From Macrostomum lignano (Eukaryota), in assembly GCA_002269645.1 (NCBI GenBank), contig NIVC01000698.1, forward strand, positions 76,731 to 140,730: DNA of 64,000 nt, in the 5' to 3' direction. Position numbers and translations under genes: made by a program. Below, one piece after another: positions 51,691 through 62,290 of this stretch. Position 1 is the first letter of the stretch. Every line of letters begins with the position of its first letter. The notes beneath the pieces are model-generated. The model worked only from the letters and a program-made list of their open reading frames with translations. It made no database searches and was not told the origin of the DNA.

Positions 51691-52715
51691 CCTATAAAAT
51701 CTAGCATCCTGACTTTCAAAATGACATCTTCAAATTAGACCTTAGAATAGATGCAATGTTGCATCCTAGTGCTAGCAAAAAGCCTTAGTAGACTATGTAC
51801 TAGGGTCTAGGGATACTATATAATATCTTGATTTTCTAAATTGTATCTTAAAATTGGACCTTGAATGTAATTTTGCATCTTAGCATCAGTAGAAAAAACC
51901 TAGTGTATCAATACTAATAAATAAATTTGTAGTAGACAAAACAATTGTATCATGATTTGTCTATTTCCATTTTAGTCTATCAATTAGCAATTACTTTGTC
52001 TGTTGACTGTTGGTAGTCAAATTGGTTATAGAAAAATGGACTAAAACCTTTTTTATTGCCCTATGGTTATATTTAGTCTTAGGTCTAAAGATACCATATG
52101 CAAATCAAAGATGTTGTTTTTGAGGAAATTTCTTGCAAGTAGCTTGCACAGAGTACAAAGTGTTTGTCTAAATCAAAGCATTTATCAATCAATTAGACTA
52201 GTTGGTAAACAATAAAATTCAGTCAACACCACAATTAAATTACAAGCCCACTGCACACAAAGGGTCATAAAACTCCTCCTTAACTAATATATAGTTAAGT
52301 TAAGTTAAGTTATAACTTATATAGTTAAGTTAAACTCCTTAACTAAATATATATTCTACACTGTACATTGGCCAAGGAGAGGCCTAAATAGTTGAACTAA
52401 ACAATTAGATAATAAAATGAAATGCCCATTGAAAGCATAAAAAAATCATTTTCCTAATATTTGACACCCTTTTCATTCAAATTTTTCATCAAAAAAGTGA
52501 TGCATGATTGCTGAAAAATTACAATTTTTAAAAGCTAATTTGAAAAAAATTGGCCAGACAGTTCTCAAAAAGCAACGATAGACAAGCTGACTGAGCATGG
52601 AATCATGTTGTATTTAGATAAGATTTGTATAATACACTTTTACTATTGCATGCTATTGTTCTTACAGTGCTTCTGTTCTCACAACTGATAGCCCACCCAA
52701 GAGCCCTGAATCCTC

Positions 52716-55094
52716 ATGGCCAGCAAAGTTGCAGCAAAATTCGTTTCCTATCGAGTATCTCAGGTTGCCTTAGCCAGCCACTACACTGACAAAGAGCCTG
52801 TTGTGGCTGCTGGCAGCTGGGATGAAGGCCCCAGTAACCGAATTCAACTGCTTGGTTATGGGCCCGAACTGGATGCAGAGGGTAGTCCCCGACTTCTTGC
52901 CGAGCATCGTTGCCATGGAGACGTAATGTGCCTGCGCTTTGATCCAATCTATCAGAATTTGTTTGTTGGCCTCGGCACTGGCGAGCTTGTTGCTATGGCA
53001 ACAACAGCTGAAGAAGAGCCGGGTTCCAACAATGGGAGCGGAGAACGGCAGCGACCCCGGCTGCTGCGGCTGCTGGGCCAGGGCTGGCGGCCGTCCACTG
53101 ACAGCTTCGGCAGTGGCGCCGTGTCCGCGCTGGCCATTCGAGACGGCTGGCACGCCCTGGCAGGCTGGGAGTCCGGCCGCCTCGTCTGCTGCTCCCTGGC
53201 CGTCGAAGTGCCCGACGGCGGCTGCAGCGATGCGGCGACGCTGCGACCGGCCAGCGGTTGCGGCGGCCGCGAGTCGGTGGGGTTGGACTCCTGCTGCGTC
53301 ACCGGAGCTGATTTTATTGACCAGAATGCCGCCTGCACGGTGGGTGGCTCTGGGATTTGAGGACCTCTGTCTGGCTGTGCTGGATGCATGGCATGGTGGG
53401 GAGTAGCGGCTACTGATTGCAGGATGTGTGGGTGGGAACAGCGGCTGCTGATTGCAGGATGTGTCGGTGGGTGAGGAGTAGCCGCTGCTGATTGCAGGAT
53501 GTGTGGGTGGGGAGTAGCGGCTGCTGATTGCAGGATGTGTGGGTGGGGAGTAGCGGCTGCTGATTGCAGGATGTGTGGGTGGGTGGGGAGTAGCCGCCTG
53601 CTGATTGCAGGATGTGTGGGTGGGTGGGGAGTAGCCGCCTGCTGATTGCAGTATGTGTGGGTGGGGAGTAGCCGCCTGCTGATTGCAGGATGTGTGGGTG
53701 GGGAGTAGCGGCTGCTGATTGCAGGATGTGTGGGTGGGTGGGGAGTAGCCGCCTGCTGATTGCAGGATGTGTGGGTGGGTGGGGAGTAGCCGCCTGCTGA
53801 TTGCAGTATGTGTGGGTGGGGAGTAGCCGCCTGCTGATTGCAGGATGTGTGGGTGGGGAATAGCGGCTGCTGATTGCAGGATGTGTGGGTGGGGAGTAGC
53901 GGCTGCTGATTGCAGGATGTGTGGGTGGGGAGTAGCGGCTGCTGATTGCAGGATGTGTGGGTGGGGAATAGCGGCTGCTGATTGCAGGATGTGTGGGTGG
54001 GTGGGGAGTAGCGGCTGCTGATTGCAGGATGTGTGGGTGGGGAATAGCGGCTGCTGATTGCAGGATGTGTGGGGTGGGTGGGGAGTAGCCGCTGCTGATT
54101 GCAGGATGTGTGGGTGGGGAGTAGCGGCTATTGATTGCAGGATGTGTGGGTGGGGAACAGCGGCTGCTGTTTTGCAGTAACTGAGTGAGTCAGACTTGTG
54201 TAATTTTATTTTCAAAACAAGCCTCATCTGTAAAACTGCAGGTAAACAGCATGGGCCAGCTGAAACTATGGGACCTGCGCACGGGGCTTGGCCAATACGA
54301 CAAAGTGCTGACTGTGGCGGGCGATCCAAAGGCCATGCACTGCGCCAGGAGGCACCCCGCTCAGCCGCACCTGGTTGCCACTGGCGCTTCCGGCGGCTGC
54401 CTCTGCCTGTGGGACCTGCGCCAAGAGAAATTTCCTGTTAGCATTGTTGAACTGGATGATGGACACGTCACGCAGGTGAGGATGGGTGCTACAAGTAACT
54501 ATGTGCTGCACACCCTTCACACCAGCCCCATATAGTGTGCTGCACACCCTTCACACCAGCCCCATATAGTGTGCTGCACACCCTTCACACCAGCCCCATA
54601 TAGTGTGCTGCATACCCTTCACACCAGCCCCATATAGTGTGCTGCACACCACACCAGCCCCATATAGTGTGCTGCACAGCCTTCACACCAACCCCATATG
54701 GTGTGCTGTACACCCTTCACACCAGCCCCATATAGTGTGCTGTACACCACACCAGCCCCATATAGTGTGCTGCACACCCTACACCCTTTGCTCGATGCCT
54801 CTATATGCTTTTCTATACTCCCATAGCTGCCCCCGGTCACTGCAGGTGGAGTTCCACCCCGTGCAGGGCGATCTGCTGTTCGTGTCCACCATGGCTGGCC
54901 AGCTGTACGCCATCAGGCTGAGCGACAGCGGCGGCGGCGGTGGCTCGGCGGCTCTGACGGACAATCCGCACCTGACAGCGGTGCTGCCAGCCAGCCAGAA
55001 GCTGCCGGTGAATTCTTTCTGTTTAGGCGAAGATTTTCTATGCGCCGGCACTGAGGATGAACTTTTATATGCCGCCGCAGGCGTTTGCCTGTGA
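52716..55094 (+). CDS. NUP43: Nucleoporin Nup43 (WD40), 3 exons, ~368 aa
   Basis: Exons 52716-53339, 54242-54475 and 54846-55094. Motifs AKFVS, GSWD, HGDVM, TVNSMGQLKLWDLR, HCARRHPAQPHLVATG, WDLRQ, VEFHP and LCAGT match Nup43. AATAAA at 55339-55344. Confidence 0.93.
53395..54170. repeat. Intronic minisatellite (NUP43 intron 1), 36-41-bp unit GGGGAGTAGCGGCTGCTGATTGCAGGATGTGTGGGT
   Basis: About 20 tandem copies. Confidence 0.95.
54500..54785. repeat. Intronic minisatellite (NUP43 intron 2), 34-bp unit GTGTGCTGCACACCCTTCACACCAGCCCCATATA
   Basis: About 8 copies, some with an internal deletion. Confidence 0.93.
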
Positions 55095-55443
55095 GGCTTA
55101 GTTGCAAATTAATGGCCTAGGTAGCGATTGACATGTAGGTGGTTTAAGTAATTAGATTAGTTCATATTTTCAATACCAGTTTCTAATTACTGTGTCTTTT
55201 GCCAAAACTTTAACTAGTTATAATAGAGTAGTGCATTTTTTTCAAACTATTTTTAAAGGTTGAAATCATCTTTGCAGTCTTAATTCAGCATATAAAGTAT
55301 TGAAAGCATGGAAGCATTTATCACCAAGCATCATACGCAATAAAAGTTCTATTTGTGCTTATAAATGTCTATATTATGGTGCCTGCTAAATAAGATTGTC
55401 TACTATTATCATTTCAAGCTTTTTTAAGTCTTGTAGCTTAGGC

Positions 55444-55766
55444 TTCACCCACTTACTCCTTCAGCAGCCTCCACTCACCCACCCAGTCCTTCAGCAGCCT
55501 CTGCTCACCCACCCAGTCCTTCAGCAAGCTTTGCTCACCCACCCAGTCCTTCAGCAGCCTCCACTCACCCACCCAGTCCTTCAGCAAGCTTTGCTCACCC
55601 ACCCAGTCCTTCAGCAGCCTCTGCTCACCCACCCAGTCCTTCAGCAAGCTCTGCTCACCCACCCAGTCCTTCAGCAGCCTCTGCTCACCCACCCAGTCCT
55701 TCAGTAGCCTCTGCTCACCCACCCAGTCCTTCAGCAGCCTCTGCTCACCCACCCAGCCCTTCAGCC
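55444..55766. repeat. 30-bp tandem repeat CACCCACCCAGTCCTTCAGCAGCCTCTGCT between NUP43 and RMND1
   Basis: About 10-11 copies ending ~30 nt before the RMND1 acceptor. Confidence 0.95.
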
Positions 55767-55794
55767 ATCACTCTCCAGTCGCATTTCATTCCAG

Positions 55795-57219
55795 TTGCTC
55801 TCGTCAGTCCGGCTGTGTGGCCGCCTACTGATTGGCACCCGTGGCCGCGGCCTGTGCACAGTCCAGGCCCAGCAGAGGCGCCAGCACCGCAAGCAGCAGC
55901 AGTTCGATGACTCGGCAGCATCAGCGCGGGCAGTGGAGCATCCAATCGAAGCAATGGTTCTCGGCGAACGCTTAGATCTGCGCTCATTGGCTCGAGATTT
56001 AACCCAGCACGGACTTTACCAGCTGGTGCCGCTGCCCGCTGAACTAGCTGGCACAGCTTTGATGGCGACATCGCGCGAGCCGTACACAGTTGGCGGGCAG
56101 AAGCGGGATGCTGTACTGTTTGACAATGGCGCCGTGGTGCTGTGGAATATGTCTGATAAGGAGGCTCAGCAAGCCGTTAAACTGTTTAGCGTGAGTTGGT
56201 TGCTCTCTTTCTGGTTAAGTGTGCGCACTTCAGAGAAATAATTGACTGACTAATCTTCAGCAATTCACTGTCTAATCACTGCTGCCGTTGTCCCAATGCG
56301 TAGGCATACACCACTGAGCCGCACAGCCAGCGCGACATACTGGAGCAGTCTGAAAGCATGGCCTTCGTCGCTGAGGACAGCGTCGGCGCAACCCGAGTCA
56401 GCGAAGATCTCATCCAGCTGCCAGCCGGCCGCGATCCCGACTCGCTGGTGCTGGAAAAATTTGCATTAAGCGACGCTCTGGCCACTTCTACTAGGCTGGG
56501 CCATCTGGAGGCTCAGCTGGATCGGCTGGCTCGTGATCTGGAGCCTTGGATTGCTAGTTTGAAGGTAATTGCGTTTTTTTTTTCTGTAGATTGGCTGGTC
56601 CTACTGCGGCCTCAGAGAACCACTGGGAATGTGGAGAGGCCCAGTGAGACATTAGGATGTGGAGCGGCCCAGTGAGTCATTGGGAATGTACGAGTAGAGC
56701 GGCCGAGTGAGACCGGAATGTAAAGAGGCCCCAAAAAGATAATCCCGTAAAGTTTCGGTGCACCAGAGAACCTCCAAACGATTTCACATTCAGTCTCTAC
56801 TGCAGTTTCCATCAGCCTAGATGCATGTCAATGTCTATAATACTACTGAACTACTCTACTGTAACACCCAGGAAGGCCAGAACGTTCGCGCACCCGGCGA
56901 TCTGATTCTAAGCCGCACCGGGCAGCTCTACCGTCTGAGATTCGCCGCCAGCGTCTGCGACTCGCCGCCAGATTTCTACTGGGAGCGCGAGGACTTGGAG
57001 GCGCTCTACGGCCGCATGTCCAACGTGCTCACCGTAGCCAGGAGAGCTCGCCTGCTCAATACTCGGCTACAATTCTGCCTGGATCTGTGCGACCTATTGC
57101 GCAATCAGAAGCACGAATTGGAGGGCCACAGACTCGAGTGGATAATTATATTTCTTATATTCACAGAGATTATATTTGCTATTGTGCACCTCAGCTTGGA
57201 GTTGCGCCGTTCTGAGTAA
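55795..57219 (+). CDS. RMND1: RMND1 homolog (DUF155/Rmd1 family, mitochondrial translation factor), 3 exons; start codon not encoded in frame
   Basis: Exons 55795-56190, 56304-56564 and 56872-57219. Motifs LFDNGAVVLWN, LEKFALSDALA, PDFYWEREDLE, LNTRL and RLEWIIIFLI. The N-terminus is Arg/Leu-rich and presequence-like. AATAAA at 57297-57302. Confidence 0.88.
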
Positions 57220-57714
57220 CTGTCAGAATTTTCACTTAGCGCTACTGTACGCGACAGAAAAATCATCATTTGTGTCCGTCACCAGATTATGATTCTAATA
57301 AAATTAACTTGGCCTTTTCATCATCATGTGCATTTTTGCCAATTAAAATCAATAGCAAAAAATCAATAGCCATCTTCTCTTTGCCATTATTGTTTGTCAT
57401 ATGGGTAACAAATGAAGGTGATTAACGCTTGCTTATATATGCAGTTCATAACTGGGATTAGTTGATAAATTATATTTTTAGATTTTTTTATTCAAAAAAG
57501 CACATTAAAAGACAGTAAATTTGCAAGTTAATTAATTAATAGAATTTGATGCCATGCATTCACGTGTTAACATTGTAAATACATTGCTGCAATGCTCAGC
57601 ACTTGTACACAGAAACGGAAATAATTGAAATAACCAGAATAAAAACAAAAACACACAATGGTTCCAATTGTCAGTGTTAAGCGCACCTTGCACTATTTAA
57701 AGTTGCCATCTGCA

Positions 57715-57939
57715 TCAGGTGCGCGAAGATTTCTCGCACTCTAGCAGGCACTCTCTGACCATCATGCGGCAGGTGTGAATATTCTTCTTCAGCCGTTCAA
57801 TAGCCATCTTGTTGCCAGCGTAGCTGGGCCGAACGTCGCGGCCCATCTCTTCGATGACCTGCAGCAGCTGGTTGTACTTGCTAGGCGGTTGGTTGCCGGC
57901 CGGCCCGTCCGGCTTCTTGGATGGCGCGGCGAGATCCAT
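57715..57939 (-). CDS. CDK2AP1: CDK2-associated protein 1 (DOC-1)-like, 74 aa from the first ATG
   Basis: SKYNQLLQVIEEMGRDVRPSYAGNKMAIERLKKNIHTCRMMVRECLLECEK matches the CDK2AP core. An acceptor-like CCCGCAG lies 5 nt upstream of the ATG, so an upstream exon cannot be excluded. Confidence 0.9.
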   Translation of the reverse strand: MDLAAPSKKPDGPAGNQPPSKYNQLLQVIEEMGRDVRPSYAGNKMAIERLKKNIHTCRMMVRECLLECEKSSRT

Positions 57940-58309
57940 GCTAGCTGCGGGATGCGGCAATCAGCAAGTTTGACTTAAAACCTTCAAAATCAAGATTCTA
58001 AGGGTTAAAAGCTTACATGGGAACACAATACAAAAATGAGCAGACTTATTAGTACCCTATATTCCAGTGCCTTTGCACAGAGAGAGCAAGCACCCCAGTA
58101 CTTCTGGATGTCCCTTTATGCTATCTTTGGATTGTCCCTATATGATTTGGTAAGACACAGGTGAGAAATGAGCTTGCGACCATCTTGCAACCATTTTTGT
58201 GTCCCGAAAATGAGGCAAACTGCTGCAAGATGGGTACAAGTAAGTTTGTATAGCCATTAGCCATTTAAGCTACTAAATAAGTAGAGTGAAAGAAATATGC
58301 AATCACTGC

Positions 58310-60260
58310 AGGGGTCCATGAGGCAAATTGCTTGCCAAGCTTTTCCCACCAAGGTTTGCCCACAATGCTTTTTCCTGCAGCACATCTACTACATCAGTCA
58401 TACACGCCCAACACTCAGCCGACACGGCTGGGTGGCGAGAGGTCTGGCCAAGGTAAGTCGCAAAAATGCTGACCCAAAAAATAGTTACGTATAGTATAGT
58501 TACTCCTGTCGTTTACCCGAAATTGCATTAATTTTGCTTTAGGGTTTCTTTCATACAGGTAAGTCGCATTTTTGGTCAAAAAGTAAGTCACACAGCTGGG
58601 TGAAATTTTGAAGTTGGGCATATATGACATCAGTAGATTTTAGATTTCAGTAGATGTAGTAGATTTTGTCCACATTGCTCCCTAATTGCTTAGCTATAAT
58701 AGAGATTTAGGGGACAGTGTGACATGGAATATGCATGAATTAATAGCTCACAGATGAACCCTTTGTATGCATATGGAAATGAAAATCTACAAGAAAAATA
58801 AGCATTTATTAAGCAGTTACCATTAAAATTTTTTGATTGGGTAAATATCTTTATTAATAATTACTAAGCTTTGGGAGGCAATGCAAACAAATGTGCTACA
58901 GAAAAAAAAAGCATTGTGGGCAAACTTGGGTAGGAAAAGCTCAGTAGGCCATTTGCTCACAGGCAATTCACTCATGGGCAAATTGTATTGGAGGAAAATC
59001 TTGGCAGGGAAACTCAATGGGCAATTCACTTATAGGCAGGCACAAAGAATAAAAATATTGGGGGGAGGCAAGACATGGGCAAACTCTAATATTTTTGGAC
59101 AGAAAAGCCTAAATGGAGAATAAAGACTAAATGCTATAATATACTTATTTGACATAACCTGGGGCCTAGTGGGCTGCATAAAAACACCTGTGCAACCCTT
59201 GGGCTCCAGTGCTGAAAAGTATATAGCCTCAAGGCTTCATCCCCTAGACTTAGTTTACCTCTGTATGGTGCAGTTGCTGACATTGTAGCCAAGATCCCAT
59301 TATCTAGACAGTGGGCCCTACCAGTCACCTATGCAAGAATATACCTGGTAAAACTCCCACTAACAAGATGGGACTCCCAGTCTATAACAGATAAAGGTTC
59401 TTGACCCCAATTGTACTAGAAATTTCCAATTAAGGGACTATGCAAGACATACAAAAGACAGTCTAATACTGGAAATAAGGACTTTTTCTTAGGGGGTCTT
59501 TTAGCTAGTAAATGATTCTAGACTACAATTCCCTCTTAAGCCCCAGGATCCCAAGGATGGATATTTGGATAATAGGGTAATGCCATTTTAATGTCTCCTC
59601 CTACATGGGTTTGATGTAGCAAGGCATAGGGAAGCAAAAGTCTCAGAGCTCTCTTATGGTGCACATCTTATAGGGACTTTTTTGTTATTGCTATAATTAT
59701 TTTGTTGAATTTGGCTTATATTTAGTGATCTACTTTGGTCCTGAGCTCCTATTCCATGCCTTTCAATAGGTTCACTCACTATTCCCACTTTATACTAGGA
59801 CTTATGATAAATAAGTAAATAGACAGAAGCAACAAAGAGTTCAATGACTAATGCCCTTAATTGCTAGCCCTTAAACTTGGGAGCAGGAGAAATGCCTACA
59901 GATGAATTGCCCATCAAAATTTACCTGCCAAGATTTGTCCGCAGTGCATTTTGCCTATGAGCGAATTGCCCATGGAGATTTATCTACCAAAAATTGCTTG
60001 CCAAGATTTCCCATAGTGCAATTTGCCTACAAGCAAATTGCCTGCCAAGATTTTTCCTACCAAGGTTTGCCCGCAATGCTTTTTCCTGCAGTGCATTGCC
60101 CCACCCTCTCCCAAAAAAATATGCATTTGATATGTAGTTTACTATCAAAATGTTTTGATCAGGTAAATCTCTTTATTAAAATTTACTAAGCATTAAGGAG
60201 GCAATATGCAGACAAAATCTGCCACGTGGCTAAATGTGCTGCAGGAAAAAGCATTGCGAG
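58310..60260. repeat. Cluster of partial copies of another repeat family in both orientations
   Basis: GCAAATTGC(C/T)TGCCAAG...GCAATGCTTTTTCCTGCAG at ~58320 and ~60030, with inverted copies at ~58890 and ~60235. A ~70-bp direct match links ~58825 and ~60145. Confidence 0.65.
58399..58626. mobile_element. CATACA-ended MITE, copy 5 (228 bp)
   Basis: Ends CATACACGCCCAAC...GTTGGGCATATATG. Perfect 8-bp TSD ACATCAGT. Confidence 0.9.
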
Positions 60261-60979
60261 TTCATAGTGTGGTAGGCCAGTCTACCATTGGGGTGAATGA
60301 TAGCAGGCCTCCAGTGCGGGCAAGGCGGATGACCAAGTTCCACGGGATGACGGTTGACATCCAACTTAAATGACCATGCCGCTAAAAGACCACTCAACTA
60401 CAATTATGACTACCTTCCCCCTGGAATTGAGGACCCTAGCAGATAGAGTATCTAAGGAAAAGAATTAATACATCAATTTCTGCAATTTTCTAGCTTACGA
60501 GTGCCAAGACTACACAAGCGGCAATTCAAGTCTAAGACCACCATTTTCTGGTGTTAGCTAATGACAGCAAACCGCCAACTGGTGACTTTCAAGTTTGAAC
60601 CCAATTTTGAACCCAACCATTTTCTATATTAATCTTCTCCACCCCCATCTCAATAGATTAGTTTATAGATTAATTTCCTATAGTTAAAAGAATTTAACAA
60701 ATAGAACTTGACAATTGACAATACATTAATCTCTGCATATATATATCTATATAAAACCAGTTTTGATTATATTACTGGTATATAATATACCAGTGTCCAG
60801 TGTCAGGATTATATGCCAGTGTATGCCAAAATGAAATTTGTTTCCACAGCTTTTATATATAAATGTATGAGTACACTAATAGATTTATATTGTACACAAA
60901 AATATGCCAAGATAAAAAAATTACTAGCTATATTTTAAGCTTGTGCTTTTTTAATATTTATTTTCCCATTCTTTTTAGA

Positions 60980-61120
60980 TCATGCTTGGGTGCAACCTAA
61001 GGATTCACCCAACCATTTCTATTGGTAACACACACATGTAAGTTGCTATTGGACAGAATAGTAGTCACGTGACTACTCTCAGCCAATAGCAATTTACATG
61101 TGTATATTGCCAATACCATA
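60980..61120. mobile_element. Small palindromic element, copy B (inverted relative to 32662-32804)
   Basis: Same arms as copy A, with central GTCACGTGAC. Confidence 0.75.
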
Positions 61121-61948
61121 GGCTCAGGTCAGGTTCTTCTACTTCTAGAACTGGTTTAGAGTGCTAAGCCTAGCTTATCATGGACAAATGTGATCTGACG
61201 ACTGACTTCCCAAAATTGTGTTGTTTGGATAAATGAAATTAATCAGTTTAACCAGACTCAAATTAAACGCAAACTCACTACTTTCAAACCATTTGTCATT
61301 GCAGCTTTAATTGAGGCCCAAAATTACGTAATTTGTTTAGTCAAACGCACGCGCATAAACAGAAACAGCTAAACAAAATTTATTACCGTTAATATATGAA
61401 ATACACATGTTAGCACTAAGCCAAATGCTCATCTGGTTTACTTGAGTAGCTTAATGCTTAATAAGCGCTTAATGAATCCAAAAAGACAGTAAGTCGAAAT
61501 CCTGTGTGCACTACAATCTACAAGGACGACTACTACACAATGACGATGACTTTTCAGTTATATTTATTGTTTATGACATTGCATTACCCTTTTATTATGA
61601 GCATATATATAAATACACACTTGTACACTCATGTAAATTATTACCATGCAACTACATGTACGTGAAGGATACAAAATAATCTTTAATTTTTAGTCACGAG
61701 TGCTAATAAAGGATTATTGTATGCGTGCTAGCTGACTATTCTTTCATGGGACGCAAAGCGTTTGTGATTAACTAGTCTTCACATAACTTTTCTCCTCAAT
61801 ACGAGTCTATTTCGCTCTTAAAGACCAAATTTACATGTATTTCATGTACCACATGTATTATTTGCGACACGCGAGTTTTTGTAATGCGTCGACAATTTTG
61901 TGCAAATAAGCATTCAAATAAATTAAATATGTACCAGCTTATATTTGC

Positions 61949-62290
61949 CTGAAGCACCCCAGAGGATGTCTCAAAGAAATCCGACAGGCCGTCCGATGTT
62001 CGCACAACAGCGCTCGTGCCATGATACAGCGCCATGACGGTGGAAATCAGCTGCTCTTGCACGTTGTGCGCACGAAGCACCATTGGGAGCACGGCCGTCA
62101 CGACCGAGTCAAAAGCCTTCCTGAAGTCAATAAAGAGAGCTAATCAGGCTCGACTGGCGGGTCCGTGCTTCCTCGATGACTCAGCAAAGATCCAGGATCT
62201 GCGCCACTGTACCGCGATGGTTCCGGAACCCGTTCTGAACCCGTTCTGCTTTTTACTACTGATGGGTTTCGGCCTTTTCGGCTGTAGAAA
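61949..62290 (-). mobile_element. Non-LTR retrotransposon reverse-transcriptase fragment
   Basis: QNGFRTG...LFIDFRKAFDSV...MALYHGTSAVVRTSDGLSDFFETSSGVLQ corresponds to RT subdomains before the QG motif. It has an internal stop and is truncated at both ends. Confidence 0.85.

Noticed and set aside
52770-54329. 519-aa minus-strand ORF, the longest in the window
   Set aside because: It is antisense to NUP43 exons and runs through the intron-1 minisatellite, with no recognisable domain.
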